Positions 47,691 through 59,800 of a DNA stretch of 64,000 nt are shown here, in pieces. The position numbers and the translations under genes are program-made. The stretch is taken from assembly GCA_020631075.1 (NCBI GenBank), contig JAHDHX010000006.1, positions 42,243 to 106,242 of the forward strand. The letters run 5' to 3'. Source of the DNA: Candidatus Altimarinota bacterium (GTDB lineage: Bacteria > Patescibacteriota > Gracilibacteria > UBA4473). The number at the start of each line of letters is the position of its first letter. The stretch's first letter is position 1. Under the pieces are notes generated by a model. That model was given only the letters and a program-made list of their open reading frames with translations, searched no databases and was not told the origin of the DNA.

Positions 47691-48350
47691 TTAGGAAGAT
47701 ATTAAATCCACTGGCTTACACGCCATCATCATGGCATCCGCTTTCTCCAGTCCGTTTTTCAGTTCAGGCTTCTCTCGTATTAAATCTTCCAACGAAAAAG
47801 TACGATTTATTACATTTTCAACTATATATGCAATATCTGCCAATAAATTAGGGCGATAATTACTACTACTTTTCGGAGAATCTTTCGTTGGTTCCCTCAT
47901 CTTTCCTAAAAAATAGTCACTCACTGTGTCATCTTTCCCATATTTGTACAAACAAACATGAAACCCCTCATCACAATCAACTCCAGACTTTTCGGCTATT
48001 TTCACTTTATTTTCCCCCACTTGCCTCATTTGTGATTTCACAGACATGATCAAACTTGTTTCAAAGTCAGTGTAATTCAATCGAGCATGATTATTTTCAT
48101 CATATCTGAGAGAATTCATATAATTTTGCAGATCACCCAGGTAATCATGTTCTTTATCTTTCTGCAAACTCCCCCATATTTTCCCCGCTAGAAACGCATC
48201 CCCCCTCGCCATCCCATTTATCAGCACATACAGCCCGATCAACTGCGTCGCATACTGCTCCTTTTCGGTCAACCTTTCCGCCCCCTCCCCGCTAAAAGGA
48301 CATCCCTTGACCTTCTCCCCCTGCTTCTCTGGCCCATTATTGTTCTTCAT
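47691..48350 (-). CDS. hypothetical protein, tandem paralog B (219 aa), AT-rich
   Basis: Same architecture as paralog A. The two genes are separated by only 4 nt. Confidence 0.6.
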   Translation of the reverse strand: MKNNNGPEKQGEKVKGCPFSGEGAERLTEKEQYATQLIGLYVLINGMARGDAFLAGKIWGSLQKDKEHDYLGDLQNYMNSLRYDENNHARLNYTDFETSLIMSVKSQMRQVGENKVKIAEKSGVDCDEGFHVCLYKYGKDDTVSDYFLGKMREPTKDSPKSSSNYRPNLLADIAYIVENVINRTFSLEDLIREKPELKNGLEKADAMMMACKPVDLISS

Positions 48351-48390
48351 ACTTGCACTATATCACAAAAGAGGCAGAAAGAGGAAGTCC

Positions 48391-48917
48391 TCACAACAAC
48401 TGCTCCACCGCTCGCCGCACACATTCTTCCAGCGCCTGCTCACGGGTCAGTCGCCCATTGGTATAATACTTCAGCGTATCCCTCGACTCAGGACACAGCT
48501 CGCGCATCACCGCTTCATGGCTATCCCCGCGGCGCATCCGCCGCGCTATATCGTCTGGCAGCTGCACTCGTTCTGACACGCCCACCACTTGGCGCCCCAC
48601 TCGGTCTTGCGCTACGCACACACTCTCTTCATAGTACCCCCCATCCACTTCCACCACCCCCGTTTCCACCCCGAGGGTTATGTCGCCCCCCATTCTAGTC
48701 GTGACAGACGATTGACCGCCCCCTGCTTGACCGCCTCATCCATCGGCCCCCCATCGACAAAGGAATCCACCGCCACTCCCACCACCCGCAGCGCCTCCAT
48801 CCCCATGCTCCGCAGCGCCCGCTCCACCGCCGTCATTTTCAGCTCACTGGCAGACGCCAGCACCACTTTCGTCACAGCACTTTCCTCTCTGGTTAGCCAT
48901 TCAACAGTCATATTCAC
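48391..48917 (-). pseudogene. inosine/xanthosine triphosphatase (YjjX/DUF84 NTPase family) split by a 1-nt frameshift
   Basis: N-terminal ORF 48678..48917 (VVLASASELKMTAVERAL...GVAVDSFVDGGPMDEAVKQGAVNRL). C-terminal ORF 48391..48693 (ITLGVETGVVE...TNGRLTRE). Together they reconstitute a YjjX-like protein. The frames join at the C6 run at 48686-48691. Confidence 0.6.
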
Positions 48918-48924
48918 AGTGGTT

Positions 48925-50028
48925 TTACACTTTCAGTGGCATCACTAAGTGCACAAAGTCATCCCCCGACACTCGTTTCAGCACCGCTGGCTTTATTTTA
49001 TCTTGCATTTCCAGCACTATCTGCTCTTCTCCGCTCAGCGCCGTCAATATATCTAGCAAATAGTCCGCATTCAGCGCGATCATGTTCGCCTCCCCCGTCA
49101 TCTCCACCGCAATCGTGGTTTGGTCTTCCCCGATTTCGGTCATATCCGTGCACACTTTCATTGTGCTATCCGCCTGCAGGTGCAGTTTCATGTGTTGGTT
49201 GTTCTCCTTGGCAAAGATAGACACCCGCCGCACCGCCAGCTCCAGTTCGCTGCGGTCAATCGTCACCGTCGTCGTGTGCTGACGGGGGATGATCTGCTGA
49301 TAATTCGGAAACACCCCATCTATTAGACGTGAAGTCAGCTCCGTGTCCCCACTTTTCAGCAACACTTGGTTTTCCCCCACCGTCAGGCTCACCGTGTCAC
49401 TCCCCCCCGCCAACCGATCCGCTTCCAGGATCGACCGCACCGGCACCACCTTGGCAGTGTCTTCATATTTTTCGTCCAGCAGCACCACCTTCTCACTCAG
49501 TCGGTAAGAGTCCGTCGCCGCCAAACGCAGCTCCTGACCGTTCAGGTGCACATACACCCCCGACAAGATCGGCCGCGCCGCGTTTTCTTGCGCCGCAAAA
49601 GCCACCAGCCCCACCGCTTCGCGCCACGTCTTACTGTCGAGCGTCACCGTTGTCCCCCCCGTCAGGGTTGAGATGTTTGGAAACTCCTCCGCCGCTATCC
49701 CCTTCATTTTCGTCTTCGAGCGCCCACATTTCACCTGCAGCGCCGTTCCGTCGACAGTTTCCAGCTCCACGTCCCCCCCTTTTTTCAGCAACGACACATA
49801 CGCCGTCATAATCTTCGACGGCACCGTGATCGCCCCTTCATTCTGCACCGTCGCCTCCGCATTCGTGGTGATAGAGATCTCCAAATTCGTGGCACTAAAT
49901 TGCAGCTTCTTCCCCTCCGCCCGCAGCATAATGTTTCCCAACACTGGCAACGTCGGCTGCCCTGACACCGCTCGCGCCACCGTCTTGAGTCCCCGCAACA
50001 GTTCCGCTTGTGCTATCGTCACCTTCAT
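48925..50028 (-). CDS. dnaN: DNA polymerase III subunit beta (sliding clamp)
   Basis: 367 aa. MKVTIAQAELLRGLKTVARAV...LPVLGNIMLRAEG. Three-domain length. Confidence 0.95.
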   Translation of the reverse strand: MKVTIAQAELLRGLKTVARAVSGQPTLPVLGNIMLRAEGKKLQFSATNLEISITTNAEATVQNEGAITVPSKIMTAYVSLLKKGGDVELETVDGTALQVKCGRSKTKMKGIAAEEFPNISTLTGGTTVTLDSKTWREAVGLVAFAAQENAARPILSGVYVHLNGQELRLAATDSYRLSEKVVLLDEKYEDTAKVVPVRSILEADRLAGGSDTVSLTVGENQVLLKSGDTELTSRLIDGVFPNYQQIIPRQHTTTVTIDRSELELAVRRVSIFAKENNQHMKLHLQADSTMKVCTDMTEIGEDQTTIAVEMTGEANMIALNADYLLDILTALSGEEQIVLEMQDKIKPAVLKRVSGDDFVHLVMPLKV

Positions 50029-50235
50029 GTTTCAGAGTGGTCTAAATTATTCCAAAAATCTCTCAAAGTGTAATTCCTTCCCCCCACTCCACACAAGCCT
50101 TTTTCTCTGATTCTCATTTTACAACAATTCACCCTTCACAGTCGAACACATTTTATACCCGTACTTATTGACAACCCCACTTTCATACCCCACTATCCTC
50201 ATTGTTATTATCATTTTCATATCACTTCTACTCTT

Positions 50236-50637
50236 ATGATAAACGACTTTAAAGCTTTCCTCGTCCGCGGTAATGTCGTCGACCTCGCCGTCGCCGTGGT
50301 CATCGGGGCCGCCTTCGGTAAGATTGTCAGCACCTTCGTGGAAGGTATCGTTATGCCTTTCGTATCCCTCCTTTCAGGTGGCACCGACTTCACGCAGTGG
50401 TTCATCCCCCTTGACGGCAGCTCCTACAGCACCCTCGCCGAAGCCACCGAAGCAGGCGCCGCCGTCCTCCAGCTGGGCGTCGTGCTCAACTCCATCATCG
50501 ACTTCGTCCTCGTTGGCTTCGCCGTCTTCATGATGGTCAAAGTCTACGAACGAATGCAGAAAAAAGAGGAAGAAGCCGCTGGCCCCAGCAGCGAAGACCT
50601 CCTGACTGAGATCCGCGACCTCCTGCAAAAACGCTAA
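50236..50637 (+). CDS. mscL: large-conductance mechanosensitive channel
   Basis: MINDFKAFLVRGNVVDLAVAVVIGAAFGKIV. 133 aa. Confidence 0.95.
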   Translation: MINDFKAFLVRGNVVDLAVAVVIGAAFGKIVSTFVEGIVMPFVSLLSGGTDFTQWFIPLDGSSYSTLAEATEAGAAVLQLGVVLNSIIDFVLVGFAVFMMVKVYERMQKKEEEAAGPSSEDLLTEIRDLLQKR

Positions 50638-50666
50638 ATCTAAGAAAAGCTAAACCGAAAGCAGCA

Positions 50667-50696
50667 AGCCCCAAGCAATACTTGGGGCTTTTTTTG
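50667..50696 (+). terminator. intrinsic terminator after mscL
   Basis: AGCCCCAAG-caata-CTTGGGGCT followed by T7. Confidence 0.7.
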
Positions 50697-50754
50697 TGAC
50701 GATTTTTTTCACCTCACGTCTACGACTTTGAAAACAAAAAACAAACAAGCATAT

Positions 50755-50782
50755 TTGACAAAGACTCACTTTGTTCTACTTT
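50755..50782 (+). promoter_or_regulatory. sigma70-like promoter candidate for the giant gene
   Basis: TTGACA, a 16-nt spacer, then TACTTT, about 70 nt upstream of ATG 50854. Confidence 0.3.
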
Positions 50783-50853
50783 CCTTCTGAATATCTGAAA
50801 ATCATCTGAATTTCAGCATATCAATTTCTCTTCTCTCTTCTCTCTTTCGGGTC

Positions 50854-53800
50854 ATGCGTAAACGCCTCCTCGGTCTCGCCTTCGGGCTCCTCGCCATTGC
50901 CAGCGCTGGCATACTTGGCACAGGTGCCCTCAGTTCTCCTGATTTGCCTGTGCTCTCCGCAGACAAATACGTCTCTCAGATCATCAGCCCCACCGGCAAC
51001 ACGATCTTCTCTGACCCCTCTGGCAGCAACCAAGCCGCCCTGCACGACCCCGCCCTGGCTATCGCCCACGGCGCCACCGTCGAGTGGTCTGTCGTTGTCA
51101 GCACCGACAATACTGGCCCCGACAGCTACGACGCCGTCGAGTTCACCGACAGCTTCCAGCTCTACGGGAATGGGTACTTTGACCACACAGTCATCGACTG
51201 GCTCCCGCACCCGCAATACGACTTCTTTACCAGCTGTCAGCAAGCCTTCGACGAAGGCAACGAGCTTCAGTGGTACAACACCATCAAGGACAGCCTCTAT
51301 TTCAATGAATACACCGATCTTGATACGGTTCTAATTAACGGTGCCCCTATCAGTGCCACCAATCTTGACAGTACAATCTGTAACATTTTAGACACAGACG
51401 ATTTTTCTGGTGTCATCATCGGCCCCATGGGACCAAATGAAACACGAACCTTCACTTTCACTGGTGTCTACGGTCCCACTGAAAAATATCCTCAATTCGA
51501 ACCCCGTGGTCTTTGTAACGGCGTTTGGGTTCTCGCGCAGTCCAACTACGGTGACAACACCGAATTCTTTGGCTTCGGCTTAGACTCTCCCATTGACTCC
51601 CCATGGTCCTGTGTCCAGATCACAGACACCCCCCACACCACCACTATTGAGAAGAGTGGAGAAATTGACATGACCACCCAAACTATTGACTGGACTGTTA
51701 CCGTCGAGACAGACATTCCTGTTGACACAAAGCACTTCCAAATTTTAGATAACCCAATTGAATCCACTGGTCATACAGGCCCACTTCACGACAACCACCC
51801 TCACGGCTTCACTTGCGAATATACCGCTCAAGGCAACGGCGTCTTCATTTGTAATGTTACAACCCAAATCACAGACCTCTCCTCTGACCAATACTGTAAC
51901 GAAGCCAGCGTCTACATAAACTACGTCCCCCTCGGCTCCACGACCGCCTGTGTGCAGCCCCCCATGTTGGAGGCTCCCACCATCGAAGTCACCAAACAAG
52001 CCGTTGAGAGCGTTATCTCTTCCACCGACACCGAGCTCGAATGGCTCATTACCGTCACCACCAGCAGCTCTGACTACAGCGGCGACATTACCAATGTTGT
52101 CTTCACCGACAGCTGGTCTGGCTACTCCGTGTCTGAGGTGGTCATCAACCCTGTAGACAATGACAACCAACAAGTAACAATAAATCCATCTGGTACATCA
52201 TTCACCTACTCCGTTGGCACCATGGGCCCCAACGACTCCCAAAGCTTCCTGGTCACCATGACCATCGCCGACGAAAAAACCGACTCCCCCTGTCTCAGTG
52301 GTGACTACACCTTCGGCAATAACGTCGAAATCATCGACGCTCTTTACAACCACTACGGCACCGACACGTCTATCGCAGGCGACACCGACTCCGCCAGCAC
52401 GGTCTGCACGGCCCCCACGCCCAACCCAGTCCCCGAGCTCATTTTGAATAAAGTCGAAGTCCCTAGCATTACCCACGTTGAGACAGGCCAAAGCGTCGAC
52501 TACCAAATCACCGTCACCAACCCCGCTGGCAACAGCGGCACACCGGGTGTCCCAGTGTACAACCTTGACCTGACCGACGTCCTCTCTGGCCCCACTGGTG
52601 TTTCATACACCATCAGCAACGTCAGCGCCAACATCGGCACCCCTACTATTGTGGGCAACCAGATCAACATTCCAACCATCGCACAGCTCCTCCCCGGCCA
52701 GACCTACACCTTGACCTACACGGTCACCTATGGCACCGCGGCGGGCACCGCTGGCGCGTGTAACCTCGAAGGCCACACCTTCCAAAACGTCGCCACCATC
52801 GAGAGCTTCGACTACCCCACCTACCCAAACGTCACGGTTGACGGTTTCACTACTGTTGAGCCTAACCAGTCTTTCGTGGAAGAGGTCATCTGCTACAGCC
52901 CTGAGACACCCGTCCCAGTCATCGAAGTCACCAAAACACTGGTAGAGCCCAGTAACGGCTACGTCTACGCCCCCAACCAAAACACAGTTACCTACCAGAT
53001 CACTATCGACGCCAGCAACCAGCCCAACGGCTTCACTGGCATGATCACTGACCTCGTCCTGACCGACACGACCAACTTCCCGTTCCAGAGTGTCACCGTC
53101 AACGGCAACAGCGTCCCGTTTAGTGCCAACGGCTTCTTCATTGAGCCCAGCGCACCACTGCAAGTGCCCGCTGGCGCCTACCCGAGTTCACAGACCTACA
53201 CCGTCGTGTTTGACCTCGGCACATGGGGCACAGACCACACCTGCCTGACCGCTGGCCAGACATTGACCAACTCCGCCAGTGCCACCGGCTTCTATGACGC
53301 CAACGGCATCAGCACCACAGTCAGCGACACCAGCCAGACGGTCACCGCCACTTGCCACGTCCCTGCTAATATTTCTGCACCATCTCTCTCATTGGCTAAA
53401 GTGGCACATGCAGACATCATAAATGAAGGTGAAAGTGTTGATTACGTCATTAGTGTGTTTAATTCATCTGATACTACTGCAAATAATATTCAGTTGGAAG
53501 ATATTATAAGCAATCCAAGCAATGGAACCTATTCCATAAGTAACGTTAATGCAGCCATATTAGAAATTCCTCAATATAACTTCAGCAACAATGGTAATTC
53601 TATCAGCTTTACTCCATTCGATTTGCCTGCAAACACTGCATACACGGTGATTTACACCATTACTTATGGTAATAATAGTTCAAACTCCCCAACTGCTTGT
53701 ATAGCAGATGGTATTCAATTTATTAATACTGCCAGTGTTACTAGTTTTAGTTACACAGATGAGTTTGGGAACGAAATATCTGATGACGTTACACTTCCAA

Positions 53801-56800
53801 GTGAAGAAACCGCAACAGTAACTTGTAATGCTCAAACCACTAATCTCGAAGTAACGAAAGAACTCATCACCCACGAGTGCCCCACCTACGGGCTCGGTGG
53901 CACTGGTGCCGCTACCTTCGGGGTAACGATCACCAACACTGGTGACCTCCCCCTCACCGACGTCACCGTCTACGACGTACTGCAAAACTACTTCACCAAC
54001 GTCAGCAACATCACCCAGGGCGTCACCCTCAGCGGCTCTGAGTTCTCTATCCCCGCTGGCTACCTCGACAACACGGGCGACACCTTCTCGTTCCAGTTCA
54101 CCGTCGACATCGACGCCACTCAAATTGCAAACTTTGGCACCCCGCTGACCAACTCCGTCAGCGCCACCGCTGACAACGTCGAAATCGTTGATTCCAACAC
54201 CGTGTCCTTCACCTGTGGCCCCATCGTCGTGCCACAGCCCACGGTCAACATCAACAAAGCAGTGGCCAACAGTCAGACCACTCCCCTCCCCTACGGTGAC
54301 AACTCCATCACGTGGACGCTCACCATCGACTCCGAAGCCAACGGCTACCAGGGGCTCATCACTGGTCTCACTTTGACCGACGACCCCCTCTTCCCTGTCA
54401 CAGGTGTCACCCTGCTCGATGCCAGCGGCACCGCCCTGCCTATCAGCTTCAACGGTGACACCCTCACCTACGACCTGCCGGACTTCACCGCTGGCACCGA
54501 CTTTGTCTTCACGCTCATCACCGAGTTTGACAACACCTACGACGCACACGTCTGCGGCACCGACGGTCAGCTCTTGCAAAACAACGTCACTCTCGCCAAC
54601 GGCTTCTACGACGGCAACACCTCTCTGCCCAGCAGCTCTGACAACGCCACCATCCCTTGTGGCCCAGTCTACGTCCCGACCACCAGCCTCGAAGTGACGA
54701 AAGAGCTCATCACCCACGAGTGCCCCACCTACGGCCTCGGTGGCACTGGTGCCGCTACCTTTGAGGTCACGATCACCAACACTGGTGACCTCCCCCTGAC
54801 CAACGTCCAAGTCACTGACCTCCTAAACTCATACTTCACCAACGTCAGCAACATCACCCAGAGCGTCACCCTCAGCGGCTCGACGTTCTCTATCCCCGCT
54901 GGCAACCTCGACAACACGGGCGACACCTTCTCGTTCCAGTTCACCGTCGACGTTGACGCCGCTCAAATTGCAAACTTTGGCACCCCATTGACCAACTTCG
55001 TCAGCGCCACCGCTGACAACGACGCCTCCGACACGTCCAACACCGTGTCCTTCACCTGTGGCCCCATCGTCGTGCCAGAGCCGACTATTTCCGTGGCCAA
55101 AGATCTCGCCACCACCCAAGCCAACCCCCTCCCCTACGGCGACGACACCATCACCTGGGTCATCACCGTCAGCACCCAGGGCAACGGCTACACGGGCAAC
55201 ATCACCGACGTCACCCTGACCGACACCATCGACTTCGACGTCCAGTCTGTCACCGTTGACGGCACCCCCATCACGCTCACAGGCGATAGCTTCACCTACA
55301 CCGTTGGCACCATGGGCCCCAACGACAGCCAGAGCTTCACCGTTGTCACCACCTACGACAGCGACTCAACCAAACACATCTGTACCGAAACAGGTCAGCT
55401 CTTGACCAACTCCGTCACCGTCAACGGTGACTACGACCTCGGCACCCCGCTCGCACCCGACAGCGACGACGCTATCATCATGTGCCAGCTCCCGGACGAA
55501 GTCGCTCCCCCAGTGCTCGACATCACCAAATCCGCTTCACAGAGCGTCACCAGCGAAGGCGGCGACGTCATCTACACCGTCCAAGTGACCAACACCGCTA
55601 GCACCACCGCCACCAATGTCACCCTGACAGACGTGCTCACCGTGCCGGCCAACACCGTCTACGTCATCAGTGATGCCACCGACACCCTCACTGGCGGCAC
55701 CACCACTGGCGCCGTCAGCACTGACGGCACCACATTGACCTTCCCAACGTTGACCACGCTGGACGCAGGCGGCATCTACACCGTCACCTACACAGTCACC
55801 TACGGTGGCGACGACCTCTACGCACCCACCGCGTGCGTTGAGGCAACCAACACCTTCACGAATGTCGCCCAAGTCACAGGCTTCAGCTACACCGACGAAT
55901 ACAACAACGACACCACCAACGGCGTCACGCTCCCGGACCCAGCGGACACCACCGTCACCTGCTCAGCCCCAGACACCGCTCTGCCCCTCTTCGACATCCA
56001 GAAGTCTCTCCTCACTCCCGCCACCGCGGTCGAGGGCGAAGAAATCACCTGGCAGATCATCGTCTCTATGCCGAGCAACCAGCCCTACGAAGGCAACCTG
56101 ACCGACCTCGTCATCACCGAAGACCCGGCCTACGCCTACTCCAACCCGTACTTCACTGATGAAAACGGCAACATCACCTCAGGGCTCACCTACACGCTCG
56201 ACGTGCTCAACCCCGGCCAAGTTGTGATCCTCGAGTTCACCACCACCGTCGGCAACCAAGCCGCCATCGCGTGTACGGCCGACGGCCACCTCTTGCCCAA
56301 CGGCGTCACCATTACTGACATCTTTGAACCCACGAGCGACACCCTGACCGACGAAGCCAACGCCACCGCGCCTTGCTCCGTCATCCCGCCAGAGGTGCCC
56401 ACCCCAGTGATCAACAAAAGTGTAAATACCAACACCGTCCACCCAGGGCAGAGCTTCACCTACACCATCAGTGGTAATACAGGCCAGTTCACCGACGGCA
56501 GCTACGCTACCATCGACCCGCTCGTCATCACCGACGACATCGAATCCAGCCTGATCGAATTCGACCTCGACGCCTTTGCTGCCGCCAACCCAGGCATCAC
56601 CGTCACCGAGCTCAACGACGGCACCTACCAGTTTAACCTCGGCACCGTCACTGGCCCCTTCAGCTTCAGCATCGAAGCCACCTTCCTCGAAGGCGTCGCC
56701 AGCGGCACCCAGTTCTGTAATGTCGCCCACATCGGCACTCTCGCTGACATCGCCGCCGACCCAGTCAACGCCGTCTGCAGCGACCCCACTTCCGCCTGTG

Positions 56801-59800
56801 TCACACTGGTTGACCACCCCCCAGTGGACCAACCCACCTTCACCATCAGCAAATCCGCTGACGTCGACACCGTGATGGAAGGTGACACCGTCACGTGGAC
56901 CATCACCATCACCAACACCTCCGACACCGACGCCACCAATGTCACCTTTACTGACAACCTCCCCACTGGCGTCACCGCTGTCACGCCTGACTTCGGCAAC
57001 CTCACCATCACCGACGACTCTCTGACCAACGGCACCTACACCGCCACCATCGGTCAGATAGACGCCAACGACTCCGTCAGCTTCACTGTCACCACCACCA
57101 TCGGTGCTGGCACCACTGACGACCCCACCATGTGCGTCACCGACGGCCAGTCATTTACTAACGTCGTCTCTCTCGACACCTTCCAGTACCTCGTCAACCC
57201 AACCACTACGAGTACTATCAACGACGGCCAAACCGCTTCTGACTCCGTCATCTGCGAAGTCCCAGAACCACCTGTCGTTCCTGTCGACGCCCCTACCTTC
57301 ACCATCAGCAAATCCGCTGACGTCGACACCGTGATGGAAGGTGACACCGTCACGTGGACCATCACCATCACCAACACCTCCGACACCGACGCCACCAATG
57401 TCACCTTTACTGACAACCTCCCCACTGGCGTCACCGCTGTCACGCCTGACTTCGGCAACCTCACCATCACCGACGACTCTCTGACCAACGGCACCTACAC
57501 CGCCACCATCGGTCAGATAGACGCCAACGACTCCGTCAGCTTCACTGTCACCACCACCATCGGTGCTGGCACCACTGACGACCCCACCATGTGCGTCACC
57601 GACGGCCAGTCATTTACTAACGTCGTCTCTCTCGACACCTTCCAGTACCTCGTCAACCCAACCACTACGAGTACTATCAACGACGGCCAAACCGCTTCTG
57701 ACTCCGTCATCTGCGAAGTCCCAGAACCACCTGTCGTTCCTGTCGACGCCCCTACCTTCACCATCAGCAAATCCGCTGACGTCGACACCGTGATGGAAGG
57801 TGACACCGTCACGTGGACCATCACCATCACCAACACCTCCGACACCGACGCCACCAATGTCACCTTTACTGACAACCTCCCCACTGGCGTCACCGCTGTC
57901 ACGCCTGACTTCGGCAACCTCACCATCACCGACGACTCTCTGACCAACGGCACCTACACCGCCACCATCGGTCAGATAGACGCCAACGACTCCGTCAGCT
58001 TCACTGTCACCACCACCATCGGTGCTGGCACCACTGACGACCCCACCATGTGCGTCACCGACGGCCAGTCATTTACTAACGTCGTCACCCTGACAGACTT
58101 CGACTACACCGACGAAAACAACAACACCGTCACCGACCACAGCGGCCAAACTGCTTCTGACTCCGTCATCTGCGAAGTCCCAGTGGTTGAGTACCCAGCT
58201 CCCACTATCACGAAAACAGACAACGCTGACACCGTGCTCCCAGGTGGCACCATCACCTACACCGTTAATGTCGACACTAACGGCGCCACCTTCAGCCCAC
58301 TACAGATCACCGACAACTTTGACGACCACTTGACCCTCATCGAGTCCTCCGTCACCAACGGCGTCACCGTCGTCGACCAACCCAATAACACCTACCTGTT
58401 TGACCTCGGCACCGTCACGGGCCCCACCAGCTTCAGCTTCAGCGTGGAAGTCTCCGCCGACGCCACCCCAGGCCAAGCCATCTGTAATGTCGTGCACATC
58501 GGCACCCCGCTCGACCTCCAGCAAGACCCAGAAGGCACCGTCTGCTCTGACCCAGAGTCCGCCTGTGTCATTGTTGAGTCACCGTTTATCGCTGCCCCCA
58601 GCATCGCCCTAACCAAAACCGCCAATGTGACCGAAACTGAGATCGGCCAAGCGATCATCTGGACTCTGACCGTCAACAACGACGGCAACGTCCCCCTGAC
58701 GAATGTTGAGATCACTGACCCACTGGCCAGCTACCTCACCTACCAGTCAGGCGACGCCGACATCAGCCTCAACGGCAGCGACCTCACCATCACCGTGGGC
58801 GACCTCGCCATCGGCCAGACTATCGACTACACGTTCACCACCTTGGTCAACGGCGACGCCACTGGCCTCACCCAGTTGTCCAACACCGCCACCGTCAACG
58901 GAGTCTACGCTGAGACAGACACCACCGTGACAGACAGCGGTTCTGACACCGTCATCTTGGTTACGCCACCGGCCCCCGAGCCCGAGCTCGAATGGACAGT
59001 CGAAAAAACCTCCATGCCCGCCGACGGCGCCGTGCTCAACGTTGGTGACCTCATCACCTACTACATCACCGTGACCAACGAAGGCAACACTGCCCTCACC
59101 GACGTCTTCGTCACCGACGACCTCGACAGCTCCATCCGCTTCCACTCTGACCTCGGCAACCCAGAGATCAGCGGCGACTTCTTCGACCCGTCCGTCATCA
59201 TTTCCTTCCCCTACCTCGGGGTAAATGAATCACTGACCACGTCATTCCAAGTCAAAGTCGTCAGCGTCCCCGACACCACCAACCAGCAGTTCTGTAACGC
59301 TCTGCACTGTGGTCTCGCCTTCGGTGATGTTGACTCAGACTTCCCCTACTTCGAGACAGGCGACTTCCTCGGTGGCACCTGCCACACCGTCGTCCCGGAG
59401 GACGAACCCACCCCAGGGCTCGAATTCGCCAAAACGGTCACCAGTGGTGACTACGCCGTCGGCGACACCGTCACCTACAGCGTCACCGCGACCAACACAG
59501 GCGACTTCCCCCTCACCGACGTAATAGCCATCGACCAGCTCCCCGCTGGCACTCAGTTCCAGCAGTGCAACGGCGACTACGACCTTGACGGCTCCACGCT
59601 GACGCTCGACTTCGGCACCCTCGCCGCAGGCCAGAGCCAAACCATCACCTTCAGCGTCACCGTCACGCAGCCAGGTCAGTTCTGCAACGACATTGTCTCT
59701 GGTCAGGGCACCACGCCCGACGGCGACACCGTTGGCGGCACCGTCACCACTGGCCCCCAGTGTGAGACCGCCACCATCGATGACGAAGAAGACGAGCAAG

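Noticed and set aside
50029-50235. Possible oriC next to dnaN.
   Set aside because: No dnaA is present, only degenerate DnaA-box-like strings occur, and the strand skew does not change sign across the region.
56836-58086. Regular repeats as a possible CRISPR array. The three MITE copies were also considered.
   Set aside because: The 459-bp units are contiguous coding modules without spacers. The MITE copies are 12-15 kb apart. No short direct-repeat/spacer architecture and no cas genes are seen.
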